Origin: an uncultured Planctomycetia bacterium
Lineage (GTDB): Bacteria; Omnitrophota; Gorgyraeia; 2-01-FULL-45-10; JAHFGN01
Direction of reading: 5' to 3'
Assembly (NCBI GenBank): GCA_964354545.1
Contig: CAYHAE010000001.1
Span: forward strand, 364-64,363
Length of the DNA: 64,000 nucleotides
Positions within the stretch are counted from its first letter, which is position 1; each line of letters starts with the position of its first letter. Position numbers and translations under genes: made by a program. Below, piece by piece: positions 20,555 through 29,905 of the stretch. A model generated the notes under the pieces. It was not told where the DNA came from. It searched no databases and saw only the letters and a program-made list of their open reading frames with translations.

Positions 20555-20594
20555 TAATATGTTTACAGCGGATAACGAGTACGGGAGGAGATGG

Positions 20595-22010
20595 ATGAAG
20601 GCCATTTTTAAGAGACGCTCGACCACCCCCGACGGTTTTGGATATAAATTATTGCTCGCGTTCGGCCTTATGTCGGTGATACCCCTCCTGGTCGCCGTCT
20701 ACCTTGCTATCAACTACGTATTTCCCCAATTGAACACTCTTGTCGATATAAGCGTGGTGCTCAGTCTCTCCGCCCTCATTGCGTTTCTCGGATTTATCTT
20801 TGCACGGAAGGTCATCAAGCCGGTAGTCGATATGGCGGTCATGGCGCGGACGATCGCGAGCGGTCACTACGAAAAACAGATCCACATTTCCGGCAACGAC
20901 GAGATCGCGCAATTGGGTGAATCGATAAATGCGATCACGGCGAAGGTGCGGCTCAACATCGAGGAGATGAAGAGCTACAGCCACAAGGCGCAGGAGCTCA
21001 ACGTGGAGATACACAGGAGGATGGTGGTCCTCGCGGGCCTCCTCCAGGTGAGTGACGTGATATTGAGCAGCACCATGGAATTCAAGGATATCCTCGACCT
21101 GCTTGTCTCGAAGGTCTCCCAGGCGTACGATACGGGGTTCGCGGTATTATTTCTATCGAAGGACTCGCCCGAGCTCTTCTATCCTGTCGCACTCTGCAAT
21201 GCGGAGCACGAAGGGTTCGACAAGATCGTCATACGCGAGGGGAAGGGTTTTCTGGGGAAGCTGCTCTTCTCGAGGTCTATCTTAGTGATCGACTCCACTA
21301 TGCGGGAGACGAAGGAGATTGAGGAGTTCAAGAGGGCGCACCATGTGAAAAACCTCGTTGTATTTCCGATATTCTCCGGGAAGGATACGTTCGGGATACT
21401 CTTCGCCGGCAACCGGCTCGATAATTACAAGTTCTCCTCCGATGAATTCGATATCGTGAAGATCTTCGCGAAGCAGATCGCGATCGCCGTTGAGAATAAT
21501 ATCCTCGTGAGAAAGACGAAGGAGCTCGCCCTGAAAGACGACCTCACGAACCTCTTCAACAGGAATTACATATTCCCGAGGCTCGATGAGGAGATCAAGA
21601 GGGCGCTCTTCTTTCAAAGGCCGTGCTCATTCTTAATGATCAACGTGGACGAGTACAGGAAGTTCAGGGATGACTGTGGAGAGATAGCCTCCGAGGAAGC
21701 GCTCAAGAAGATCGCCGACATCCTGAAGGGCTATGTCGAACCGTTCGGGAAAGCGGCAAGGATCGCGGGTGACGAATTTGCGCTCCTCCTGCCGGAAAAG
21801 AATAAGCGGCAGTCGCTGGAGATCGCCGAAGCGATACGGAGGAAGATCGAATCGTCGAGCTTCGCCGAATCTCAAACCAAGCCCTTGACCGTGAGCATAG
21901 GCGTGAGCGAAAACCCGATAGACGGGTCGACGCAGGAAGATATCGCAAAGAGCGCTGCGGCGTTTCTTGCGCACGCAAAAGCGCAGGGCAAGAACAGGGT
22001 CGTTGGTTGA
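20595..22010 (+). CDS. Membrane sensor diguanylate cyclase with HAMP, GAF and GGDEF domains. The active-site motif is AGDEF.
   Basis: Two TM segments, a HAMP domain, a GAF domain and a GGDEF domain (RIAGDEFALLLPE). I chose the MKAIF start with its strong RBS. Confidence 0.85.
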   Translation: MKAIFKRRSTTPDGFGYKLLLAFGLMSVIPLLVAVYLAINYVFPQLNTLVDISVVLSLSALIAFLGFIFARKVIKPVVDMAVMARTIASGHYEKQIHISGNDEIAQLGESINAITAKVRLNIEEMKSYSHKAQELNVEIHRRMVVLAGLLQVSDVILSSTMEFKDILDLLVSKVSQAYDTGFAVLFLSKDSPELFYPVALCNAEHEGFDKIVIREGKGFLGKLLFSRSILVIDSTMRETKEIEEFKRAHHVKNLVVFPIFSGKDTFGILFAGNRLDNYKFSSDEFDIVKIFAKQIAIAVENNILVRKTKELALKDDLTNLFNRNYIFPRLDEEIKRALFFQRPCSFLMINVDEYRKFRDDCGEIASEEALKKIADILKGYVEPFGKAARIAGDEFALLLPEKNKRQSLEIAEAIRRKIESSSFAESQTKPLTVSIGVSENPIDGSTQEDIAKSAAAFLAHAKAQGKNRVVG

Positions 22011-22088
22011 GGAGACCCCCGTGCGCGACGTCGCGGGAGGATAGAGCGCGGACAGGAGCTGGTCGAGCACGTTTTTTATGGAGGATAG

Positions 22089-23153
22089 ATGGCCCACGAC
22101 ATTCAGCGTCTTTTACTGCTCATGAATGAGAGAAATGCGTCTGACCTGCACATCTCCGCGAACGCGACCGTGCAGCTGAGGCTCGACGAGAAGCTCGTTC
22201 CCGTTGATGACCATGTCCTCACTCCGGAAGAGGCGAAAACCCTCACGTACAGCATACTGAATAAGGAGCAGATCGCGAAGTTCGAGAAAGACCTGGAGCT
22301 TGACCTCTCCTTGAGCGTGACGGACTTGAGCAGGTTCAGGGTAAACGTCTTTAAACAGCGGGGAGACGTAGGGTGCGCGATCAGGCTCATACCGTTCAGG
22401 ATAAGGAACTTCGAGGAATGCGGCCTGCCCGTGGACGTCGTGACGAGCCTGTGCAAGAAACCGAAGGGGCTGGTCCTGGTCACCGGCGCGACAGGAAGCG
22501 GTAAATCGACGACGCTCTCCGCGATGATAGATTGGATAAATTCAGAGCGGTACTGTCACATCATCACCATCGAGGACCCGATAGAGTTCGTCCATACCCA
22601 CAAGAAGGCGCTCATTGAGCAGCGTGAGGTCTATAGCGATACGCACTCATTCGGGGAGTCCCTCAAGCACGTCCTGAGGCAGGATCCTGACGTCATCCTC
22701 ATCGGTGAGATGCGCGATCTGGAGACGATAGAGTCGGCCCTCATCATCGCAGAGACCGGCCACCTCGTATTTGCGACACTCCACACATCTGATTGCGTCC
22801 AGACGATGAATAGGATCATAGACGTCTTCCCGGCGTACCAGCAGCAGCAGATCCGGACGCAGCTCTCCTTCGTCCTCGTAGGGATCCTGTCCCAACAGCT
22901 CATCCCGCGGCTCAAAGGGACGGGCAGGGTCCTCGCGACCGAGGTCTTGGTGGTGACACCTGCGGTGCGCAGCCTCGTCCGCGAGGCAAAGATACACCAG
23001 CTCTACTCCGTCATCCAGACGTCGCAGAAAGACGGCATGAAGACAATGAACCAGGCGCTCTTCGAGCTCTATCAGAAGAAGCTCATATCGTACGAAGATG
23101 CGTTCGCGCGCTCGACCGATACCGAAGATCTGAACAGGGTCTTCAATCGGTGA
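22089..23153 (+). CDS. pilT: Type IV pilus retraction ATPase PilT.
   Basis: Walker A GATGSGKSTT, an Asp box and a His box. The 354-aa length is PilT-like and lacks the long N-terminal domain of PilB. Confidence 0.9.
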   Translation: MAHDIQRLLLLMNERNASDLHISANATVQLRLDEKLVPVDDHVLTPEEAKTLTYSILNKEQIAKFEKDLELDLSLSVTDLSRFRVNVFKQRGDVGCAIRLIPFRIRNFEECGLPVDVVTSLCKKPKGLVLVTGATGSGKSTTLSAMIDWINSERYCHIITIEDPIEFVHTHKKALIEQREVYSDTHSFGESLKHVLRQDPDVILIGEMRDLETIESALIIAETGHLVFATLHTSDCVQTMNRIIDVFPAYQQQQIRTQLSFVLVGILSQQLIPRLKGTGRVLATEVLVVTPAVRSLVREAKIHQLYSVIQTSQKDGMKTMNQALFELYQKKLISYEDAFARSTDTEDLNRVFNR

Positions 23154-23181
23154 TCGTCTCGACCGCGGTCACGGGTACCCT

Positions 23182-23640
23182 ATGGCAGCGATTCGAAGGA
23201 TTGTTTCAAAACAATTAGGCGAGCTCCTCCTCGAGAGGAGGCTGATCGATCAATCCCAGCTCGAGTCGGCCCTCAAGCTGCAGAAAGAGAAGGGTGGGCT
23301 CATCGGTCAGATACTCGTCATGCTCGGGTACGTGAAAGAGGAGGATATTGCCCAGGCCATCACCGTCCAGTATGGTTTTCCCTTTCTCTCCCTGGAGAAT
23401 TACGAGATCAACCAGGAAGCACTACAGCTTATACCCGCGAGCGTGGCCCTCCAATACAACATCATACCCGTGGACAAGATAGGGAATATGCTTACGGTCG
23501 CGATGTCGAATCCGCTCAACCTGCAGGCGGTCGAGGACGTGGAGATGATCACCAAATGCCAGGTGCAGGTGTTCGTGAGCACCCTGACCGCCGTCACCGA
23601 AGCAATAAAGAAATATTATGGAGTTATCCCTAAGAGATAG
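23182..23640 (+). CDS. Standalone GspE-N (T2SSE_N / MshEN-like) domain protein.
   Basis: Only 152 aa. The N-terminus QLGELLLERRLIDQSQLESALKLQ matches the MshEN-type LGxxLLxx(x)LIxxxxLxxALxxQ helix pair. The rest matches the GspE-N fold (IPVDKIGNMLTVAMSNPLN). There is no ATPase domain. Confidence 0.7.
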   Translation: MAAIRRIVSKQLGELLLERRLIDQSQLESALKLQKEKGGLIGQILVMLGYVKEEDIAQAITVQYGFPFLSLENYEINQEALQLIPASVALQYNIIPVDKIGNMLTVAMSNPLNLQAVEDVEMITKCQVQVFVSTLTAVTEAIKKYYGVIPKR

Positions 23641-25354
23641 GCTTACCAAGATACTGATAGACGCGAAGCTCATCACCTACGAAGACCTCCTCAAGGCCAT
23701 CACGGTTCAAAAAGATCGCGGGGGAACGCTGGGCGAAACGCTTGTCAATCTCGGGCACATCTCTAAAGACCAGCTCATGCTCGCCATAAGCCAGGGCCTC
23801 GGGATACCCCCGATAAACCTCTCCCGCTATAAGGTAGATCCGAATATCCTAAGGCTGATACCGCCGAAGATCGCCAAGCACTACCAGATCATACCGCTCT
23901 CCAAGATAGGGAACACCCTCACGGTCGTCATGTCTGACCCGCTCAATATATTCGCGATCGACGGCATAAAGGCATTCACGGGCCTGAAGATATCCCCCCT
24001 CATCACTACCGAGCAGGACATAAAGGACGCCATCGCGCAATACTATGAGGAGGATGCGTCTTTGGTCATGGATAAGATCGTCGACGACCTGGGAGGGGGC
24101 GGCGAGATCACGGTGGTCGAAGAGAAGGGCGCTGCCGAAGGAGAGACGTCCACGGAATTGCTCAAGATGACGCAGGATGCGCCCGTAGTGAAATTTACAA
24201 ACGCCATACTCGCGGAAGGCGTTGACGTAAAGGCGAGCGACATCCTTGTGGAGCCTCTCGAGGACCAGATGAGGGTACGGTACAGGGTCGACGGCATTCT
24301 GCATGAAGGAAAGCACGCCCCAAAGGTGATGCACAAAGGCATTGTGTCGAGGCTCAAGGTAATGTCTGAGCTCAACATCGCCGAGCGCAGGCTGCCGCAA
24401 GACGGGCGGTTCAAGATACGCCTCCACAATCGGGAGATCGATTTCAGGATCTCCGTGCTCCCTTCGAAAGAAGGGGAGAAGGTGGCGCTCCGGATACTGG
24501 ATAAAGCGCAGGCGAAGCTCAACATAGAGGACCTCGGTTTTGATGAACATTCGGTCACGGAGATGAAGAAGGCCGCCGCCAAACCCCACGGCATGATACT
24601 CGTCGCCGGCCCGACAGGGTGCGGAAAGACGACGACCCTCTACTCTATCTTAAAGCATGTCGATTCACCCACGCTCAACCTCGTGACAGTGGAGGACCCT
24701 GTCGAGTACCTGTTGGATGGCATCAACCAGGTCACCGCGCGGCCCGACCTCGGTCTGACGTTCGCATCTGCGCTGAGGTCTATCTTGCGGCAGGACCCCG
24801 ACGTCGTGATGATAGGCGAGATAAGGGATTTTGAGACGGTCGATATCGCGATCAAGTCTGCGCTCACAGGGCATCTCGTGTTGAGCACGCTCCATACGAC
24901 GACCGCGCCCGGTTCGGTGATCCGCCTTGTGGATATGGGGGTCGAACCCTTTCTCCTCACGTCCTCCCTCATCCTGGTCGTGGCGCAGCGGTTGGTGAGG
25001 AAAATCTGTATGGTGTGCAAAGAACCGGTGAAATTAGACGACGCGATCGCGGAAAAGCTCAGGCTTGACGCGAATGAGGTGAAGGGCACGTTGTACCGGG
25101 GGAGGGGCTGCGACACGTGTTTAAAGACGGGCTATAAAGGCCGCGTGGGCATTGTGGAGGTGCTGTCCCTTACGCCAAAGGTAAAAGAGCTCATCCTCAA
25201 GGGTGTCCAGGAGTATGAGATACGGGATGAGGCGAGGAAAGAAGGGATGCTGAGCCTGCGCGAGAACGGGATAAAGAAGGTGTTAGAAGGGGCCACGACG
25301 CTTGACGAGGTCTTCCGTGTCACCGTGGGGAACCAGGATCTGGAGCTGAAATAA
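23618..25354 (+). CDS. pilB: Type IV pilus assembly ATPase PilB (GspE family), paralog 1.
   Basis: Tandem GspE-N domains at the N-terminus, Walker A GPTGCGKTTT and the tetracysteine motif CMVCK...CDTC. Confidence 0.9.
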   Translation: MELSLRDRLTKILIDAKLITYEDLLKAITVQKDRGGTLGETLVNLGHISKDQLMLAISQGLGIPPINLSRYKVDPNILRLIPPKIAKHYQIIPLSKIGNTLTVVMSDPLNIFAIDGIKAFTGLKISPLITTEQDIKDAIAQYYEEDASLVMDKIVDDLGGGGEITVVEEKGAAEGETSTELLKMTQDAPVVKFTNAILAEGVDVKASDILVEPLEDQMRVRYRVDGILHEGKHAPKVMHKGIVSRLKVMSELNIAERRLPQDGRFKIRLHNREIDFRISVLPSKEGEKVALRILDKAQAKLNIEDLGFDEHSVTEMKKAAAKPHGMILVAGPTGCGKTTTLYSILKHVDSPTLNLVTVEDPVEYLLDGINQVTARPDLGLTFASALRSILRQDPDVVMIGEIRDFETVDIAIKSALTGHLVLSTLHTTTAPGSVIRLVDMGVEPFLLTSSLILVVAQRLVRKICMVCKEPVKLDDAIAEKLRLDANEVKGTLYRGRGCDTCLKTGYKGRVGIVEVLSLTPKVKELILKGVQEYEIRDEARKEGMLSLRENGIKKVLEGATTLDEVFRVTVGNQDLELK

Positions 25355-27063
25355 TGGAGGCCCTCAAGGATAGGATCCTCAGGGTGCTCATCGATACGCA
25401 ACGCGTGAAGCCGAGCGAGCTCAAGAGGGTCCTCGAAAAGCAGAAGGACAGCCGGACGAGCATGAGCAAGGTCCTGGTCCAGGAGGGTCTCATCTCAGAG
25501 AAGGACCTCATGCTGATCTTGAGCCAGGAACTGAACATCCCTCCCATAAGCCTTTCGAAATATAAGATCGACCAGGCCACCGTACGCCTCATTCCGGAAA
25601 AGATCGCCCGTCAGTTCTTTCTCATTCCGCTTTCGAAGATCGGAAAGGTGCTCACCGTTGCAATGTCCGACCCGCTCAACATCATCGCCATCGACGAGGT
25701 GAAGCTGCTCACGAACTATAAGATAGACCTCGTCATCGCAACAGAGAACGACATCAAAGAGGCGCTCGATGCCTACTATGGTACCGCGACCCTCGAGACA
25801 CAGGAGGCGCTGGATACGCGCGCTGTCGGCGAGGAGCTCGAGATCGTTGAGGGAGAGGAGTTCGATGTCGACAGCATCTCCCAAGAGAGCCAGAAGGCTC
25901 CCATCGTGAAGATGGTGGACGTGATCTTGAACGATGCGCTGAGGAGGCGTTCGAGCGACATACACATTGAGTCGTGCGAGAAGATGCTGCGGATACGGTA
26001 CAGGATCGACGGAGACCTTCAGGAGGTCTTTAAACTCCCGAAGAAGAACCAGAATGCCATCATCGCACGATTTAAGATCATGTCCAAGCTCGACATCACG
26101 GAGACGCGTCTCCCGCAGGACGGGAGGTTCAGGATAAACTTCGAAGGGAAGGAGATAGACTTCAGGGTCTCGGTGCTTCCCATTGCGTTCGGGCCGAAGA
26201 TCGTCTTGAGGGCGCTCGATAAATCGAACTTGAGCGTGGGGCTCGACAAGCTCGGCTTCCTTCCGTATTCCCTCAATGTCTTCAAGGAGGCGCTCAAGCG
26301 TCCGTACGGCATGATACTCGTCACAGGGCCGACGGGGAGCGGGAAGTCGACCACCCTGTATTCCATCATCAATCAACTCAACACGCCCGAGAGGAATATC
26401 GTGACGCTCGAGGAGCCTGTGGAGTACGAGTTGCAGGGCATCACGCAGGTCGAGGTGAGGTCGGATATCGGCCTCACCTTTGCGAACGGGCTCCGGTCCA
26501 TCTTGCGGCAGAGCCCCGATGTGATCATGGTCGGAGAGATCAGGGATTTCGAGACGGCGGATATCGCGATAAAGGCCTCGCTCACAGGGCAGCTCATCCT
26601 GAGCACGCTCCACACGAACGACTCGGTCGGAGCTATTACGAGGCTCGTCGATATGAAGGTGGAACCATTTCTGTTATCATCGAGCCTCATCATGGCATGC
26701 GCCCAGAGGCTCCTCAGGAGGACCTGCCCCCATTGCAGGGCCGAGGTGGACGTGCCCAAAGGTGTCTTGGAGGAATTCGGCATCGATCCGCTTGACGAGC
26801 ACAAGAAGAAGAGGGTCTTCTATGAGGGGAAAGGGTGCGAGAAGTGCAACAGCTCCGGTTACTATGGAAGGTCCGGGATACTTGAGGCGTTCCTCATCGA
26901 TGACACGATGCGCGATATGATCATCAGGAGGGCATCGAGCGACGAACTGAAGGCGCATGCCATGAAAAAAGGGATGAGGACGCTGAGGCAAGAAGCGCTG
27001 GAAAATTTCGTCAACGGTGTCACGACCCTGGAAGAGGTCTTGAGGGTGACCGCGGAGGGGTAA
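25354..27063 (+). CDS. Second GspE-family assembly ATPase (PilB paralog 2).
   Basis: Same architecture as paralog 1: Walker A GPTGSGKSTT and CPHCR...CEKC. Its start overlaps the paralog-1 stop in a TAATG arrangement. Confidence 0.85.
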   Translation: MEALKDRILRVLIDTQRVKPSELKRVLEKQKDSRTSMSKVLVQEGLISEKDLMLILSQELNIPPISLSKYKIDQATVRLIPEKIARQFFLIPLSKIGKVLTVAMSDPLNIIAIDEVKLLTNYKIDLVIATENDIKEALDAYYGTATLETQEALDTRAVGEELEIVEGEEFDVDSISQESQKAPIVKMVDVILNDALRRRSSDIHIESCEKMLRIRYRIDGDLQEVFKLPKKNQNAIIARFKIMSKLDITETRLPQDGRFRINFEGKEIDFRVSVLPIAFGPKIVLRALDKSNLSVGLDKLGFLPYSLNVFKEALKRPYGMILVTGPTGSGKSTTLYSIINQLNTPERNIVTLEEPVEYELQGITQVEVRSDIGLTFANGLRSILRQSPDVIMVGEIRDFETADIAIKASLTGQLILSTLHTNDSVGAITRLVDMKVEPFLLSSSLIMACAQRLLRRTCPHCRAEVDVPKGVLEEFGIDPLDEHKKKRVFYEGKGCEKCNSSGYYGRSGILEAFLIDDTMRDMIIRRASSDELKAHAMKKGMRTLRQEALENFVNGVTTLEEVLRVTAEG

Positions 27064-27119
27064 AGGAGCAAGAGGGGACCGTGAGTCCCTTGAGCGCGAC
27101 ACGGAGCGGAGGACGTGCC

Positions 27120-28334
27120 ATGCCACACTTTCGATATACCGCAAAAGACAGCAAGGGGAATTCGCTCAAAGGCGTGTTAGAGGCCGCCACGAGGCAGGAA
27201 GCGGTGGCCGCCCTCCATAAGCAGGGCGTGTTGATCATATCGCTCGGCGAGGTGAAGGCAAAGCAGGCGGGGCGTTCGGCCGGCCACTTTGCAAAGAAGG
27301 TGAAGATGGACGAGCTTGTCATCTTCTCCCGGCAGCTCGCGACGATGGTCGATGCGGGGATACCTCTCGTAGGCGCTCTCGACATCCTTGGGCAGCAGAT
27401 AGAGACAAAGTCGTTCAAAAACGTGGTGCAGGGGATCCGCGAACGGGTGGAGGCAGGGGAGAGCCTTTCTGACGCCATGTCAAAACACAGGACGATCTTC
27501 TCAGAGCTTTTCGTCAATATGGTGAAGGCGGGGGAGGCGAGCGGCATGCTCGATGAGATACTCGAAAAGGTCGCAGAATATCTTGAAAAGACGAGTGCGC
27601 TGCAGAGGAAAGTTCAGTCCGCACTCATCTATCCGGCGGTAGTGACCTCGATGGCGATCGGCATTACGCTCGTCCTTCTGATCAAGGTGATCCCGGTCTT
27701 CAAAGATATATACTCAGGCTTTGGGGCAGCGCTTCCCAGGCCGACGCAAATCCTCATCTTCGTGAGCGATGCCCTCGGAAAGTATTTCCTCGTGACTACG
27801 ATTGTCCTCGTGCTCGTCTTCATTGCCCTCGGTCGATATCTCCGTACGGAGCGCGGCAGATTTATGTTCGATAGTTTCCTTCTCAGCGTTCCCGTATTCG
27901 GGGTCCTGTTCAAAAAGGTAGCAGTGAGCAAATTCACAAGGACGCTTTCTACGCTCGTGAAGAGCGGCGTCCCCATACTCACCTCACTTGAGATAGTGAG
28001 CAGGACATCGGGCAATAAGGCGGTAGAAGCGGCATTAGAAGTGGTCCGCAAGAATGTGCGCGAAGGCGAGAGGATCGCGGACCCTCTTGCGAAATCGAAG
28101 ATATTTCCTCCGATGGTGGTGAGGATGGTTGCTGTGGGTGAACAGGCCGGACAACTTGAGAAGATGCTCACCAAGATAGCAGATTTTTATGAAACCCAGG
28201 TGGACGCTGCGGTAAGCGGCCTCACGAGCCTTATCGAACCCCTCATTATTCTATTTCTTGGCATCGTCATAGGAACCATTGTCATCTGTATGTTCCTGCC
28301 CATATTCAGGCTCACCTCTGTATTGGGTGGGTAA
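27120..28334 (+). CDS. pilC: Type IV pilus platform protein PilC (GspF family).
   Basis: Two T2SSF repeats separated by TM segments. I chose the MPHFRY start. The track ORF begins 13 codons upstream. Confidence 0.9.
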   Translation: MPHFRYTAKDSKGNSLKGVLEAATRQEAVAALHKQGVLIISLGEVKAKQAGRSAGHFAKKVKMDELVIFSRQLATMVDAGIPLVGALDILGQQIETKSFKNVVQGIRERVEAGESLSDAMSKHRTIFSELFVNMVKAGEASGMLDEILEKVAEYLEKTSALQRKVQSALIYPAVVTSMAIGITLVLLIKVIPVFKDIYSGFGAALPRPTQILIFVSDALGKYFLVTTIVLVLVFIALGRYLRTERGRFMFDSFLLSVPVFGVLFKKVAVSKFTRTLSTLVKSGVPILTSLEIVSRTSGNKAVEAALEVVRKNVREGERIADPLAKSKIFPPMVVRMVAVGEQAGQLEKMLTKIADFYETQVDAAVSGLTSLIEPLIILFLGIVIGTIVICMFLPIFRLTSVLGG

Positions 28335-28518
28335 TGGCAGGATCGTTTGTAAAAAATGAAAAAGCCGGTTAATGCTTTCGTAAACTGCCCGCGCGATGGA
28401 AAGGCCTCCGGGTCCGCTGCGAAAATGCGACTTGTTTCCGACGAGAGATCTGAGGCAATATTTTAACTTATTCGGCGGCTATAAAGCGCCTTTTATGCAT
28501 GTATTCTGCGTGCAGACC

Positions 28519-28546
28519 TTGACAAATGTGCGGCATAAGGTATACT
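28519..28546 (+). promoter_or_regulatory. Sigma-70-type promoter for pilin 1. Layout: TTGACA, 16-nt spacer, TATACT.
   Basis: It lies about 100 nt upstream of pilin copy 1 and shares the TTGACAAATG...GGTATACTT block with the GGDEF promoter. Confidence 0.5.
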
Positions 28547-28648
28547 TTATAATGGAACCCAGTATCTGTTAAAGAGAGGGGGTGGAAAGGGGATAATTTA
28601 AAGACTTTTTTTATCGGACCCATTTTTGGGAAAAAGGAGGGATGAGAC

Positions 28649-28984
28649 ATGGTCAGAAGACATAAAAAGGGATTCACGCTTGTTGAAATCATGATAGTCG
28701 TCGCAATTATAGGTCTATTGGCTGCCATCGCTATCCCGAACTTTGTGAGGGCGAGAGAGACGGCAGAAAGAAATGCGTGTATCGCAAACCTGAAGCAGAT
28801 ACAGGGTGCAGTTCAGGTGTGGGCGATCGACACGAGTGCGGGGTCCACTTCAACGCCAACCGCGACATCAGATCTCGCGAACTACATAAAGACATGGCCG
28901 AAGTGCAAAACAACTACGTATGCGATACCCGCAGTCAGTGCAAACCCCGCGTGTCCAACCACCGGCACTGGACACAACCTCTAA
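28649..28984 (+). CDS. Type IV pilin (prepilin N-terminal cleavage/methylation domain), copy 1.
   Basis: Class III signal MVRRHKKG|FTLVEIMIVVAIIGLLAAIAIP with a Cys pair in the C-terminal region. An RBS (AGGAGG) precedes it. Confidence 0.85.
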   Translation: MVRRHKKGFTLVEIMIVVAIIGLLAAIAIPNFVRARETAERNACIANLKQIQGAVQVWAIDTSAGSTSTPTATSDLANYIKTWPKCKTTTYAIPAVSANPACPTTGTGHNL

Positions 28985-29019
28985 TCTTAAGGGGTAATCC
29001 ATTTTTCGTGCGAGGTGCG

Positions 29020-29057
29020 AAAAGGACGGCTATCGTATTATTGCCGTCCTTTTTGCT
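29020..29057 (+). terminator. Rho-independent terminator after pilin copy 1.
   Basis: AAGGACGGC-loop-GCCGTCCTT followed by TTTTT. Confidence 0.6.
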
Positions 29058-29180
29058 TTGGGTATTTCGAAAATTATTTAATTATTATCAGAGCACAACA
29101 GCTGTAAATGAAAGGGGGTGAGGACCGGCCTAAAGACTTTTTTTATCGGACCCATTTTTGGGAAAAAGGAGGGATGAGAC

Positions 29181-29516
29181 ATGGTCAGAAGACATAAAAA
29201 GGGATTCACGCTTGTTGAAATCATGATAGTCGTCGCAATTATAGGTCTATTGGCTGCCATCGCTATCCCGAACTTTGTGAGGGCGAGAGAGACGGCAGAA
29301 AGAAATGCGTGTATCGCAAACCTGAAGCAGATACAGGGTGCAGTTCAGGTGTGGGCGATCGACACGAGTGCGGGGTCCACTTCAACGCCAACCGCGACAT
29401 CAGATCTCGCGAACTACATAAAGTCATGGCCGAAGTGCAAAACAACGACGTATGCGATACCCGCAGTCAGTGCAAACCCCACGTGTCCAACCACCGGCAC
29501 TGGACACAACCTTTAA
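29181..29516 (+). CDS. Type IV pilin, copy 2.
   Basis: The protein differs from copy 1 at 2 of 111 residues (T to S and A to T). The upstream leader and RBS are also duplicated. Confidence 0.85.
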   Translation: MVRRHKKGFTLVEIMIVVAIIGLLAAIAIPNFVRARETAERNACIANLKQIQGAVQVWAIDTSAGSTSTPTATSDLANYIKSWPKCKTTTYAIPAVSANPTCPTTGTGHNL

Positions 29517-29518
29517 TC

Positions 29519-29715
29519 CTGTTATCAGAGTTCCACGAGCTACGCCCGTGGGTTGCACCCGCGGACGTAGACCGCGGGTGCATGGCGGAGCGGTCCGGGA
29601 TTTAATTCCCGAAATCTTTCAGATTTCAGGGGAGCGGTTGCCGCACAAGGAGAGTATTCAGTGCGGGTACCGCGGGCTGCGTGCCAACGGCAGGCGTACC
29701 CGTGGGGCTCCAGGC
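29519..29715. mobile_element. Structured insert of about 197 bp (element B) in the 3' UTR of pilin copy 2. It carries the same 27-nt core as element A.
   Basis: Copy 1 reads TAATC|TTAAGGGG. Copy 2 reads TAATC[197 bp]TTAAGGGG. The insert is hairpin-dense (TGCACCCGCGG/CCGCGGGTGCA, CCACG/CGTGG, GCCGCAC/GTGCGG) and has the core at 29608-29634. Confidence 0.5.
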
Positions 29716-29749
29716 TTAAGGGGTAATCCATTTTTCGTGCGAGGTGCGG

Positions 29750-29790
29750 AAAGGACGGCTATCATATTATTGCCGCCCTTTTCTTTTTAG
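29750..29790 (+). terminator. Terminator after pilin copy 2 (slightly degraded duplicate of the copy-1 terminator).
   Basis: AAAGGACGGC-loop-GCCGCCCTTTTCTTTTT. Confidence 0.5.
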
Positions 29791-29905
29791 GACAGCGCGA
29801 TAAACGTTTTTCATAATGCAATCGTGATATCGGGGCCACGTATCTGTTGAAGAGTAAGGCGCTTTTTGACTTCACCCGATCCTAGGAGGGAAGGGGGGAT
29901 GAGAC

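Noticed and set aside
28335-28352. Sigma-54 promoter for the pilins (TGGCAG-N5-TTTGT).
   Set aside because: It only approximates the GG-N10-GC consensus because TTGC is replaced by TTGT. It lies about 300 nt upstream of the pilin. A much better sigma-70-type match lies closer. No pilR, pilS or rpoN context is visible.
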